A stretch of DNA of 63,606 nucleotides, filler included, from Pirum gemmata (GCA_002812295.1; 19 parts of 19 records of this genome joined end to end with filler, not necessarily neighbours in it), one strand, 5' to 3'; shown: positions 24,530 through 37,829, numbered from the whole stretch's first letter. Numbers and translations: made by a program. The notes: a model not told the origin generated them from the sequence alone.

Positions 24530-24857
24530 GGGAACATTCAAATACTATGTAACGTCAAATCCAGCTTCAAGATACCCTACCTACCTACCCCTTGACGTTA
24601 ATTTCCGGTCAAATACCGCGCCTACCTACCTACCTCTTGACGTGACGTATTATTTGAACAGGAGGGGTGAGAACTCTTATGGCGAACTTTTTTGACCGAG
24701 GCACAAAGTAAATGTTGTTCACCTATTTAAGTAGTTACTTTAAAAAGAGTTTATTATACTATTTATAGTAACTTTAGTCAAATTTCCGGAAGTTCGCCGG
24801 TCCGAGCATCCAATTGGTAAGATGACGTCATCTCATCCCTCCTATTTGAACACTCCC
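24530..24857. mobile_element. MITE family D (TIR GGGA..RTTCAAATA) carrying a nested insertion
   Basis: gggaacattcaaata ... tatttgaacactccc. A related partial copy lies at 20493-20612. Confidence 0.7.
24661..24842. mobile_element. 182-bp MITE with a 10-bp TSD (Mutator-like), family E
   Basis: TIR ggaggggtgaga / tctcatccctcc, flanked by an exact TATTTGAACA at 24651-24660 and 24843-24852. Relatives at ~17583 and ~23374-23503. Confidence 0.85.
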
Positions 24858-25154
24858 TATCTCGTTCCTTAATTTTTTTCGCCAAATTTTTTCGCAATCA
24901 AATCAGAGATCACCACTGAGATCACTTTGGTTTTGGATTGGATAGAATTTTCAGCAATTTATCTTCAAGGAGTTTATATAGAGATTGTAGATATAGTGCT
25001 TTAGTTTTTTTGTCATCATTAAATAGCTCCAAATTAATATAAAATACATCCATTTAATTTATTTGGTATGTTTTATTATTTATGTATTGATTTAAAAATG
25101 TACAATATGTAAAAATAAAGACTATAAAACTGATAAAGACTATAAAACTGATAA

Positions 25155-25630
25155 AGACGATAAAGACAATAAAGACAATAAAGACAATAAAGACAATAAA
25201 GACGATAAAGACAATAAAGACAATAAAGACAATAAAGACAATAAAGACAATAAAGACAATAAAGACAATAAAGACAATAAAGACAATAAAGACAATAAAG
25301 AACTAGTGGAGGGCGGTTAGGTTAGGGTTAGGGTTAGGTTAGGGTTGGGGTCTAGTTGGGGTTAGGTTAGAGGGTTAGGGTTAGGTTAGGGTTGGGGTTA
25401 GGGTTAGGTTAGGGTTAGGGTTAGGTTAGGGTTAGGGTTAGGTTAGGGTAGGGGTTAGGTTAGAGGGTTAGGGTTAGGTTAGGGTTGGGGTTAGGGTTAG
25501 GTTAGGGTTGGGGTTAGGTTAGGGTTAGGGTTAGGGTTAGGTTAGGGTTAGGTTAGGGTTAGGGTTAGGTTAGGGTTAGGTTAGGGTTAGGGTTAGGGTT
25601 AGGGTTAGGTTAGGGTTAGGGTTAGGTTAG
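25155..25630. repeat. (AAAGACAAT)n minisatellite followed by a (TTAGGG/TTAGG)n tract
   Basis: Direct reading. Confidence 0.9.
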
Positions 25631-26211
25631 GGTTAGGGTTAGGTTAGGTCCTCACAATTTTTAATTTGGTTCTATTTAAGTATATAATTGAGCTATTTTA
25701 TAAAATAAAAAATTAGTTAAAAATTATCAAATTAATTAAAAGGTATCCGATAGTTTTATTATAATAGTAATTGGGTATGTTTTATTTCCGGAGATTTCTA
25801 GTAGGGGTGAGATATCTACTGGAACTTTTTTCGNNNNNNNNNNNNNNNNNNNNNNNNNNNNNNNNNNNNNNNNNNNNTTAATTAATTAANNNNNNNNNNN
25901 NNNNNNNNNNNNNNNNNNNNNNNNNNNNNNNNNCCAGGGACGTTACACGTCTGGCCAGGTGAAATTATGGATGGTAAAATAGGAACTATTCTGCTTGTTA
26001 TTATTTTCATAAAAAGTTTGTAATCACTGTTTAGTAGTGTTATAGTTCTATAATTTACTAAATCATTTTTATCACCTTTTTTAAAAATAGGTACTATAAT
26101 TTTCCGGTGCTTTCATGTTAAAAATTTGGAAAAGATGACGTCATATGGAAAAGATGACGTCATATTAAATTTAAGTAATAAATAAATGTTAATTAAAGAA
26201 GTAAACAGAAT

Positions 26212-26284
26212 AGGGGTGTAGCTCAAATGGTAGAGCGCTCGCTTTGCATGCGAGAGGTACAGGGATCGATGCCCTGCTCCTCCA
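26212..26284 (+). tRNA. tRNA-Ala(TGC), possibly impaired (two acceptor-stem mismatches)
   Basis: Cloverleaf: D-arm GCTCAAATGGTAGAGC, anticodon arm CTCGC-TTTGCAT-GCGAG, T-arm CAGGGATCGATGCCCTG, G3:U70 pair, followed by an oligo-T terminator. Confidence 0.85.
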
Positions 26285-29098
26285 ATTTTTTTCACCTTTT
26301 ATTATGATTCTGCTGATGTTTTTGTACAATTGTTTGTGTTAAAAATTGAATGTTCTTAACATAACATTATGTAATTTATATTGCCCTGCTTCTCCAATTT
26401 TTCATTTTTATTTTTCATTTTTCATTTTATTTTTCATTTTTCATTTTTCATTTTTATTTTTCATTTTTCATTTTATGCTTTCGATGTTTTTTTGTTAAAA
26501 ATTGGATGTATTATATATATTTTTATTGCCCTGCTCCTCCAATTTTTCATTTTTTATTTTTATCTTTATGGTATTTTAATTATTACATATATATATATAT
26601 ATATATTAAATGATATATATGATTTTTGATCAGGTTTTGTTACCTTGTACAATAAGTTATTCCTAATAGCAAAAATTATTATTATATCATCAACAACAGT
26701 AAGCAAACGACTTTGAAGTTTCAACACCAAAAGATATTCGTGCTGCAAACAGTTTAAAGTTAACTATATTGTTTTATTACTTGATTTTTTATATAATTTA
26801 TATATATTTCATATACAAAAAAAATTTTAATTTTTTTTTTTTTTTTTTTTTTTTTATCATTTTATTGTAGTTATTTTTGCTTATTATCATTTTGTTGTAG
26901 TTATTTTTGTTTATTATCATTTTATTGTAGTTATTTATAAAAAGGTAACAAAAAAGTATAATGATGAATAATAATATCAATTACAACCATCAACCATTCA
27001 GGCATCAAAAATTAATGCATACTAAATCATAATAACAAATATAAATGAATAACAATAACAATAACAATAACATAAATATCTAATTTCATTCCTAATTTGC
27101 TTTTTTATTTTGTATGATTTAGAGGTCTAGCTGGATAGTCTATTTATACAAAAAATATAAATTTGCAAAATAAAACGCCATGACGTCACAATGACGTCAT
27201 CTCAGCTGTTATTATGGGAAGGAATAAATAGTAATGAGGTAATCACACTCAAGAGTAATAATCAAAAAAAAGAAAAAAATCGAACTTTATAATTTTATGC
27301 AATCAATAATTTCAAAGAAATCTGGGCAATCTGTGCAACACAGAGAAAGAAAATTACAACAAACATGAATAGAACCTGTTTTGGCAATATTATAAAGGAA
27401 TTATATGTTCCTTAACTGTTTTTAGTGGAACCGGGTTCCTTCATTTTTTTTTTTTTTACGAACCGAGCTTTTTTTTGGAATGAGGGTTTTTTTTTTACAA
27501 CGAGTGAATTTTTTTTGGGTTCTCTCCCAAGCGAGCGGCGAACGAAGTTGTAAAAAAAAAAACGAATGTAATTATATTATTATTATTATTATATTTGTAT
27601 TGCTTTCCATTTATTAGTGATGCTTATTCCGTTAAACAAATTCATTTTTATAAATGTTAAACCACCTCCATAACCAGATGATATACTTCCCCGCAATTCA
27701 TAACCAGCTTCTACATTTAAAGTGATATTATTTAGTTCTGGTAATGGCAAAAGAGTGAAAAGTCAAGGTTAGATTATAGAATTAATGGGGTGTAGTAACA
27801 ATATCGACATCATGCATAGCAATAATTGTGAATGCCGAATTCGTGAGTGAATAGGTGAGGAAAATTGCGGAAAGTGGCAATAAAGGACAATTAGGTGGAC
27901 ATTGTTAATTGAGCTTCTGGAGACTAAAGGAGTGGTAATAGTCCTGATACACTCGTGTTTAGTGCTATATTGATGTGAGATCAATAGGGGAGGACATTGG
28001 TAAAATATGAGCGGAAAATAGTGTGATGTCATGGGTTGAATATATGAATCAATTGGTGTGTAATAATTGGTATGAGATTCAAAATTGATATAAGTAGTTA
28101 TGTCGTGTAATATTGTTACTAAGTTGGATTTATGAGTAATTTGATGTAGTGGTAAAAGGTATGTGCTAAAGTAAGTAGGTCAATTGGGAAATTGCTGCGG
28201 AAAAAATGACTGTGAACTGAGAGAAGGGTTATAAGTGAGCATAATAATTGAGCGTGTGAATAGCATAATACTGTGAAATAAGTTAAGGTTGGTAAGGTAA
28301 AATGAATTTGTGAATGGGGTGTATTGTGGTGAAATCTCAATGGGCTGACCGCGTGGCAATATGATTGGTCCATTGAATATACATTTATTCTCGAAACAAT
28401 TATTTTATGTCGAGCTTATTTGTTTAGCTATGATTGAATTAAGTTTAAGTGTATGATTTTATTGTTTGGTATTATACAAATTGCTCCAGAACATTGTGGA
28501 TTATGTGATAGTTAGTTTTCAGAAAGGTATATAAGCAGAGTGTAAAGCTTATATGTGTGTATGAGAAAAAGAGAATAAATTATAAAAGTCTAAAATGTTG
28601 TAAAAAATATAAATTCATAAAACACAAAAATACATATATTTCTTTTTTTTCGATGTAATATCATTAAGTAAAATGATGGGACAAGACCATATATAATAAA
28701 AGTAAAAAATATATAAACATAGTAATTTTATATCCAAATACGATTATCACCTCCACTATCCAGTGAGTCTACTGTCTCCACTGTCTCCACGGTGTCCATT
28801 CAATTATCACCTTTNNNNNNNNNNNNNNNNNNNNNNNNNNNNNNNNNNNNNNNNNNNNTTAATTAATTAANNNNNNNNNNNNNNNNNNNNNNNNNNNNNN
28901 NNNNNNNNNNNNNNACACACACACACACACACATACACACACACACACACATATACGGAACCAGATTTGGGTCTTTCGGAACTTTTTCTATATATTTATA
29001 TAAGGAATAGGAGAATATTTGATGTATTTGTATAAAATGTGAGGTGTTCGTTGTAATCAATCTAAATTTAATCATCCTTTCCTTTGATTACTAATCAG

Positions 29099-30193
29099 GG
29101 TTACATTCCACCTGGTATTGGAGAACCTAGTACTATTGAATTTGCGGGTTACTATGATGGCAATGTCCATAACAATTCTCTGTATGGAGATTTGTATCTT
29201 AGTCTTTTCGACGAGTTAGAGTCGAACTGTGCTCCCTCTGGAAATTGGTAGCAACTATATATGTTTTTCAATTTTATTGTACTCGTAACATACAAATAAG
29301 AAATAACATGTTTATTATATATTGTTTGTTCATATAATTTATGTTATTTAGTATATATAACAGTTAAATATAAAAACACCGAAATCAATGGCCTAATAAT
29401 AATGTAGAAGGTTCAAAATATTATGTTGACAAGGGTTACGATTATAAAATGAGAGATAATATTTACACTCGCTCACCCACCCACTCACTCACTCACTCAT
29501 AAACCAACCAACAAACTAACTGACTAACTCTCACTCACTCGCTATTATTTAAGTTTAATAAATAATTAGATAGCTTTTAGTTTTGCTACTTAATTATAAT
29601 TGATAGAAAATACTCATAATCATCATTTTTTCAAAAACAGCTCAGGGGCAGCAGCTGGAGACATATATGGTGGAAAAGTGAGTGAGGTCAGTGCCAGTTC
29701 AACTGCTTTTTCACATCGCTCTGTAACATTTAGCTATATATTTACTGGCAGAGCTACAGAAGACAAAAAAGAATTTATGAAATATTGGTTACAAAAAGCC
29801 AAAAACCAAACTTTACTTTATACAATGGGAGGTACATTACATACTGATTTTAACGATAAAATATTGATTACTTATTTTAATGAAAAAATATTACACTCCA
29901 ATTAAACCAAAAACCAAAAAGAAAAGCACAAAAAGAAAAGGATAATAAAACAATATTCATTTTCTAAAAACCAGTACTAATTATAAAAATTCTTTAGCTT
30001 ATAAATTACAATATATATTAATAAGTATAAATACATTTTCTTTTCAGGTTATATAGGATACGTAGATGCCAATTATGACATTCCTACTGAAGATTTTTAT
30101 GGTGAAAACTATGAACGATTGCGTCGAATTAAAAAACGATATGATCCTCAAAATGTGTACTGGTTCCCTTCATCCATTGATTCAGGTGTATGA
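29099..30193 (+). CDS. BBE-like FAD oxidoreductase, 3' exons (29099-29247, 29641-29831, 30048-30193)
   Basis: YGGKVSEVSASSTAFSHR and YIGYVD..FYGENYERLRRIKKRYDPQNVY (BBE domain). GT-AG introns are in phase. Confidence 0.9.
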
Positions 30194-30810
30194 AATTGAT
30201 TAAAAAATGAGATGCTTGTTTTTTGCTTGAAAAAAAGTACTGTTTCGCTTTTCATTATCATTAACATTATTCACATTATTAATATCAATATTAATATTAA
30301 GAATAATATTGGTATTGGTATTAATATTATTAGGTATATAATATAGTAACTTTAACAACATTTATTGTAGAACACCAATTACTAATTTCAAAATATTGAA
30401 GTAGAGCAGGGTTAGGGTTAGGGTTAGGGTTAGGGTTAGGGTTAGGGTTAGGGTTAGGGTTAGGGTTAGGNNNNNNNNNNNNNNNNNNNNNNNNNNNNNN
30501 NNNNNNNNNNNNNNNNNNNNNNNNNNNNNNNNNNNNNNNNNNNNNNNNNNNNNNNNNNNNNNNNNNNATTGCGCATTAAGTGTCTATATATAATATATAA
30601 ATATTTAATTAATAAAATTAATTTCATTATTAAATTTGATTAATTAATTAATTAATTACTTTTAAAAAAAAATAAGCTGATAACAACTTTTAATAGTGCT
30701 ATACAAAACTTTATAATGGGAGAAAGTAATAGCACCTATATTATATCAATTAAAAAATTTATTATATATTTTTAAAAATATTAATATTTCTACTTTGAAA
30801 AAATGTTCAG

Positions 30811-33131
30811 GAGAATATGTATTAGGTAATTGGATTAAACCTTATAAACCTGCAGTAATAGTTTACGCTTATGCAAGTGAGGATGTGAAATCCGCAGTGA
30901 GATACGGTTTGTTACTATTTAGAATAAATATTATAATAATTTAAATTAATAATAATAATAATAAAAATTAATAATAATTTATAACAATATTAATAATAAT
31001 GAAAAAAATTATTAATGATAAATGTATGTACACATGAACAATCAACAATATTATAATTAATTAATGTATTTGGGAGTAATAATAATTTATTTATATAGTT
31101 GAATTAATATTAATTAGTTCAATATTTTCAATATATATAATATTAGTTCAATATTTTCAATATTATATAATATAGTTGAATTAATATTAAAATTCAATAT
31201 TTGAAATTCATATATTAATTAAAATTAAAATACATCTTCATATACACATGTACCAGGAACAATCAACAATATGAGAATTAATGTATTTGGAAGTGGATCT
31301 TCTTTTGCTGCTGCTGGTCTTAACGAAGGAGGTTTATAAAATAAAATATATTTATATATTTATGTTCATGCATTTTATATATAATATGTTATTTTACTTA
31401 TAATTTTTATTAAAATTGTGTTTCTATTAACTAGGCGTAGGGCTGCACAAAATAATAATTTATTAATTACTTAGTATACTGTAACTTATATTGTACTAAC
31501 AACTGTATATAATATATATATGGTATCGATTTCACTGTCAACACGACGAGGATATTATGATGATTAATTATAAATTAATTATAAACAGTATTATATATAT
31601 AATTACAGTTAATAGTGTCAACTGTTATATAATTATATATATTATATTATACTATATAGCTATAAAGCTGATTTTGTATATTGTTTCTTCAAGTACTAAT
31701 GTTATTATTAATATTATTATCATTAGTGTTAATTAGTTATGTAGTTATAGTTTACGCATTCAAATTTTATGCTAACTCTTGGAATTATTGATCATATATA
31801 TTATATTTACAACTTTAAGGACTTGTGATTGATGTTAGTAAAATGAAAAAAATTATTTACGATAAAGAAACACATATACTTGAAATTGGAAGTGGAATAA
31901 ATGGACTCGATCTTGACAACTTTACTATGAATGTTTCTAAGGGAAGATCCATCATTTTGTCATCAGGAACATTCAACACGGTTGCAGCGTGGTCCATGGC
32001 TGGGGGTTGGGGTTTTTTATGCCGCTCACTTGGTTTGGGTGTCGACCAGGTGAAATCTTTTGAAGTTGTTACACCTGATGGTAAATTAGTAAGTGCTTCT
32101 GATACTTCACATTCGGATTTGTTTTGGTAATATTTACTATTCAAGCTTAAGGGTTAGGTTTAAGGTTACGGTTGGGGTGAGGATTATGGTTACTGTTAGA
32201 GTTAGGATTAGGGGTTGGGGTTAGTTTAAGATTAGGATTAGGGTTAGGGGTTAGGGTTAGGGTTAGGGTTATACCTAATTTGTAACTGCCTCTAAAAGTA
32301 AACCTTACATCAAATTCGTATTTTATATTAGCAATGCTAATATCTGGCAGTTTTAATTTCATTATTATGAAAACGTTGACGTTTTTCATATCAACCGGGT
32401 AAATAATTATAAGGTATGCAATTTATAATTTGGTTAGGGTTATATTTTAATAATAAATTTAAATTTTTATTGTTTTAATGCAGGGCCTTGCGTGGTGCAG
32501 GTGGTGGGAATTTCGGTGTTGTGGTTAGCTTAAAGGTACAAACGCATGACCTATCTGGACAGTTCTTTGGAGGTTTAAGATGCTGGCATTGGCATGAAGG
32601 TATTTTTAATATAACAATCAATTCTTTTTTTATAGCCAAACATTTAGAATTACATCGGTGTGGATGTAAGTGTGAGTGTAAGTGTGGTGTGGGTGCTTAT
32701 ATATATATAAATTCCATATTAAACAACAACGTTTTACAACAACAAAAAAGCAAAGGTAAAAGCAAACTAGAAAGCAAAAACTTGTACATATATATATATT
32801 TTGTTTGTTAAGGATTCGAACTTTTTCAACCCATTTTTCTCAGCTTTGAATTTTTTTGACATAAATAATATATTACCACCACCACCACCACCACAACAAC
32901 AACAACAACAATAATAATAATAATAACAATAATAACAATAAGGTGGCAGAACAGCAGCGAAATGGATGTTTGATAACCATGTAAATATGAGAAGAGATTT
33001 GGACCTTAGTTATGGGTTTGAGTTCCTTCCTAATACAAGGAAAATGCAATTTTGTCTTTTACCTTTTCTTTACAATTCCAGTGTTAACATACAGAATGAG
33101 TTTTCGAATTGGTTTTCGAATGCATTTCCAG
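30811..33131 (+). CDS. BBE-like/VAO-fold FAD-binding oxidoreductase, 5' exons (30811-30906, 31257-31331, 31820-32126, 32484-32599, 32943-33131)
   Basis: PAVIVYAYASEDVKSAVRYG, GLVIDVSKMK, GGWGFLCRSLGLGVDQVKSFEVVTPDG, SDLFW|ALRGAGGGNFGVV. Confidence 0.9.
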
Positions 33132-33190
33132 GTTAGTATACTGATTGTTGTATTTTTTTTTACTTTTCTTCTTTTTTAGTTTTTTGATTA

Positions 33191-33257
<67 letters not shown>

Positions 33258-35710
33258 TTCTTTGTTTATAATGGAACCTTTTATAGATAGTATACTATTT
33301 CATCCTTTACATTTAATTTGGAGCCCTTATTTTTATCATCTAATAATAAAATTTCTATAGATTGGATNNNNNNNNNNNNNNNNNNNNNNNNNNNNNNNNN
33401 NNNNNNNNNNNTTAATTAATTAANNNNNNNNNNNNNNNNNNNNNNNNNNNNNNNNNNNNNNNNNNNNTTGATAGCAATTAAAGTAATTATATTAACATTA
33501 ATAGTAATAAAAACCATAAAATCGGAAAAGTTCTGGCAGCTGTTCGGTAATAATAAAATGACGTCATCTACTTAATAATAATACAAACTTAATTAGACCA
33601 ATAGAAAGACGGTATTAAAAACGTTGGTTAGGGTTAGGTTAGGGTTAGGGTTAGGGTTAGGGATAGTTTAGTGGCTTTCATTGGTGGGAAACCAATATAA
33701 TAATTGCTTTCATTGGTGGGAAAATGAGGCTGCTGAGCTCAACTAATATAACCAGAGAAAAACGATAAAAGTGGCACGATGCACGATTCTCCATGTGGGC
33801 CTTTTCAATCAATTTTAAAAATATTATAACCAACCAAATAATTTTTCTAAGTGACCAAATAAATGAAGTTAGGACTTTTAATTGGTCCAAAAACCTAAAA
33901 AAAAAAAGGTGGAATTGTAAATGGCTCCTACTTTTTTTCCTTGTTTTTTTTATAAAATAGGTTTGAAATTTTGAAACCTCAAAAAATTGTTCCCACAGTT
34001 TTGCAACATAACCTAAAAAAAAAAAGATAGGACTTTTAATAGGACTTTTAATTGGCCAAACCATTTTTTTTTTTATTTTTTTTTATGGTCATATGATACA
34101 TAAAAAAAAAGGCGGAGTGCAAACATTTTTAAAAACATCCAACTTTTTTACATACTTAAAGGTCATGTTTTTTTTTTTTTTTTGAAGTTTCAAAATTTCA
34201 AACCTATTAAATACCTATTACATTACTTTTATTCGAAAACTAAAAATTCTGGTGGTTAATCTCAAAAGTCGACGTTTTTAGAATGTTTGCTCCATACTAA
34301 TTGTTCATTTGTTCATTTTTTTCATTGTGTTTATTTGTTTATTTTTTTTCATTTGCTATTTTGAAATGTTTTATTGGTTAACTGTAAGTTAGCAGTGATT
34401 TGTTTTTCTTAGGGTTAGGGTTAGGGTTAGGGTTAGGGTTAGGGTTAGGGTTAGGGTTAGGGTTAGGGTTAGTTAAATTATGGTCTCATAACATCTTGTA
34501 TATGATATTAAAAAAAAGTTGGCAGTTTTTCAAAAAAGAATATTTTTTCCTTATATGTTTTTGGGAAATAAACCAATAAGAGCAAATTATAGAACACAAC
34601 CACTACCAACATCTTACAAAATAATTAAAAGTAAAACAGTAGTGGTGTAATATTAAAAAAAAAAGACAATTATAAATAAATGCCTAAAAGATAATTTTTT
34701 AAAAACTACAAAAACAATGTTAACTTGTATGGTATAGTGGTAGGGGTAGTGGTAGTGGTAGGGGTAGGGGTAGTGGTAGTGGTAGTGGTAGTGGTAGTGG
34801 TAGTGGTAGTGGTAGTGGTAGTAGAAGAGGTGGCAGTGGTGGTGTAGTGGTAGTAACAGTAGTAATAGTAATAGTACTAATATAATTATAATAATGATAT
34901 ATTGTTTTAACTAATTTAATATTTTTATTATTATTATTATTATAGCATATTATCATTATCATTAATATCATTAATACTGTCATGTGAGTGTTAATTAAAA
35001 TAAAATTATTGTTATTTTTATTATCATTATTATTATCATTATGTTCATTAATAACAAAATTATTACGTATGGACTGTAAATCTTAGTCTTTGATAGCATA
35101 TCATAATTATGGTATTTGGTAATGCAAAAAAAAAAAAAGTGTGAGTCTCATATAATGTATGATAATGCAAAAAAAAAAAAAAAAAGAGTGAGTAACATAT
35201 AATGTATGATAATGAAAAAAAAAAAAAAAAAAAAGTGAGAGTCTAATTTATCTTTGACCCTTACCCTAACCTAACCCTAACCCTAACCCTAACCCTAACT
35301 CTAACCCTAACAGGTAATTTATCTTTGACCCTAACCCTAACCCTAACCCTAACCCTAACATAGCATATTATCATTAAGCATTCCATTTGCTAACATTATT
35401 CATTAGTCATACCCTAACAGAATAAAATAAGCATTCCATTTGCTAACATTATTCGTTAGTCATTTGTATATTATGTGCCATTGTTTTTAACTGGATATTG
35501 TATAGTTTTTCCAACTAATAATAATAACTATTGTAAACAAAATAAACTTAGCTGTAGGGGAGGGGTTAGGGATGGGGGACCAATAGGGTTAGGGTCAGGT
35601 TTAGGGTACACTTATTTCACCCAATAATAACTAATACAAAAGAACTTATATTTTGTATACTTATTTCAACCAATAATAATTAATAAAAAGAAATTCCAAC
35701 GTAGATGTTG

Positions 35711-36180
35711 CATTTTTTATATATAGTTTTGTAACTGTTTTGTAGTTTGTACACAGTTTTTATTATTATTATTATTATCATTACTATTATTTATTATTAT
35801 TATTTATAAAAAAGTTAAGGTTAGGGTTAGGGTTAGGTAGGGCTAGGTTTAAGGTTAGGGTTAAGGTTAGGGTCAGGGTTAAAGGTTAGAATTAAAGGTT
35901 AATTTAAGGTTAAAGTTAGGGTTTGGGTTAGGGTTTGGGTTAGGGTTTCATTTTTTATATATAATTTTGTAACTGTTTTGTAGTTTGTACACATTTTTTA
36001 TTATTATTATTATTATCATTACTATTATTTATTATTATTTATAAAAAAGTTAAGGTTAGGGTTAGGTAGGGCTAGGGTTAAGGTTAGGGTTAAGGTTAAA
36101 GGTTAGAATTAAAGGTTAAGGTTAAAGTTAGGGTTAGGGTTAGGGTATGGGTTAGGGTTAGGGTTAGGGTTAGGGTTTAA
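35711..36180. repeat. Direct tandem duplication (~238 bp) containing TTAGGG-type tracts
   Basis: cattttttatatata..ttttgtaactgttttgtagtttgtacaca at 35711 and 35949. Confidence 0.85.
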
Positions 36181-36594
36181 GGTCAGGGTTAGGGTTAGGG
36201 TTAGGGTTAGGGTTAGGGTTAGGGTTGGGGTTAGGGTTAGGGTTAGTTAGGGTTAAATATATATAATGATTAGGGTTAGGGTTAGGGTTAGGGTTTTAGG
36301 GTTAGGGTTAACGTTAACACGAACGTTAACATTAGGGTTGGGGTTAGTANNNNNNNNNNNNNNNNNNNNNNNNNNNNNNNNNNNNNNNNNNNNTTAATTA
36401 ATTAANNNNNNNNNNNNNNNNNNNNNNNNNNNNNNNNNNNNNNNNNNNNTAAATATTAATAAATAGACAAATAAATGTATACAAATAAATAAATACAATA
36501 CAATAAATAAATAAATAAATGACGTCACCATGATAAAATTTGATAAAAGGTATTATATCAGGGGGTTTTTTTTAAAAAAATTGGAGTCATTGGA

Positions 36595-36844
36595 CTGCCA
36601 AGCCGGATAAAAATGGCGACATCCGCCATTATTATGAGCTCAAAAATCCTAAAAAATCTCAAAATGATCCAATTTTAATTGAAAGCACTACCAAATTTTG
36701 AGAAATGGTTTAGCTAATAAAACTCTATTATAAACCAATGGCTAGTTTTTAAAAATAATTTGGCTAGTTATGATAGCATTAAAGGTTTTTAGAAAAGAAG
36801 TAAAAAAAAAAAGATTTCTACAGTTTATAAATCCGGCTTGGCTG
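36595..36844. mobile_element. MITE family A, near full-length copy
   Basis: TIRs ctgccaagccggata ... atccggcttggctg. Confidence 0.8.
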
Positions 36845-36931
36845 TTAAAAAAAAAATAGACGCCTCCCAGTCTAAATGATACAAACACTAATTAATAATA
36901 ATAATAATAATAATAACAATAACAATAATAA

Positions 36932-37768
36932 GTGCAGTTGTTAGAGAATTAACCCTTCCAGATTGATTTTTGGATCCCTTAAATCATCATCTACACGGCT
37001 TAACACTTTCTTCTTTCTTTTTTGTAATTTGGTTTCTTTAGAGGTGTAAAGTTCAGATCATAGTTTGTGTAGTTGTCAGAGAATTAACCATTCCAGATTG
37101 ATTTTTGGATAACTTAAATCATCATCTATATGACTTAACTCCTCCCACAAGCCACTTCTTTCTTTCTTTCTTTTTTTAGTTCGGTTGCCTTTGAGGTGTA
37201 AAGTTCACATCGTAGTTTGTGCAGTCGTCAGAGAATTAACCATTCCAGATTGATTTTTGGATACATTAAATCATCATCTACATGACTTCTCCCACTAGCT
37301 ATCTTCTTCTTTCTTTTTGTAGTTCGGTTTCTTTTGAGGTGTAAAGTTCAGATCGTAGTTTGTGCAGTTGTCAGAGAATTAACCATTCCAGATTGATTTC
37401 TGGATACCTTAAATCATCATCTACATGACTTAACATCTCCCACTAGTTATCTTCTTTCCTTTTGTAGTTCGGTTTCTTTTGAGGTGTAAAGTTCAGATCG
37501 TAGTTTGTGCACTTGTCAGAGAATTAACCATTCCAGATTGATTTTTAGATACCTTAAATCATCATCTACATGGCTTAACGCCTCCACTAGCTACTTTCTT
37601 CTTTCTTTTTGTAGTTCGGTTTCTTTTGAGGTGCAAAGTTCAGATTGTAGTTTGTGCAGTTGTCAGTGAATTAACCATTCCAGATTGATTTTTGAATACC
37701 TTAAATCATCATCTACATGACTTAACCCCTCCCACTAGCTACTTCTTTCTTTTTGTAGTTCAGATCGA
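36932..37768. repeat. Tandem array, ~145-bp unit, ~6 copies
   Basis: Anchor gagaattaacc at 36944, 37079, 37231, 37374, 37519 and 37666. Confidence 0.92.
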
Positions 37769-37829
37769 AGTGTTCACGCAATCTGACCTACCTTCTCTCC
37801 TTTGAACTAACTAAGCTACCGAAAAGAGA

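Noticed and set aside
27769..28400. Alternative genetic code (stop read-through)
   Set aside because: Conserved genes in the window end in TAA or TGA and have no in-frame stops; isolated stops occur only in decayed sequences.
36932..37768. CRISPR-like appearance of tandem arrays (also 5639-6847 and 50673-51522)
   Set aside because: Units are 145-240 bp and homologous along their whole length, with no unique spacers and no cas genes.
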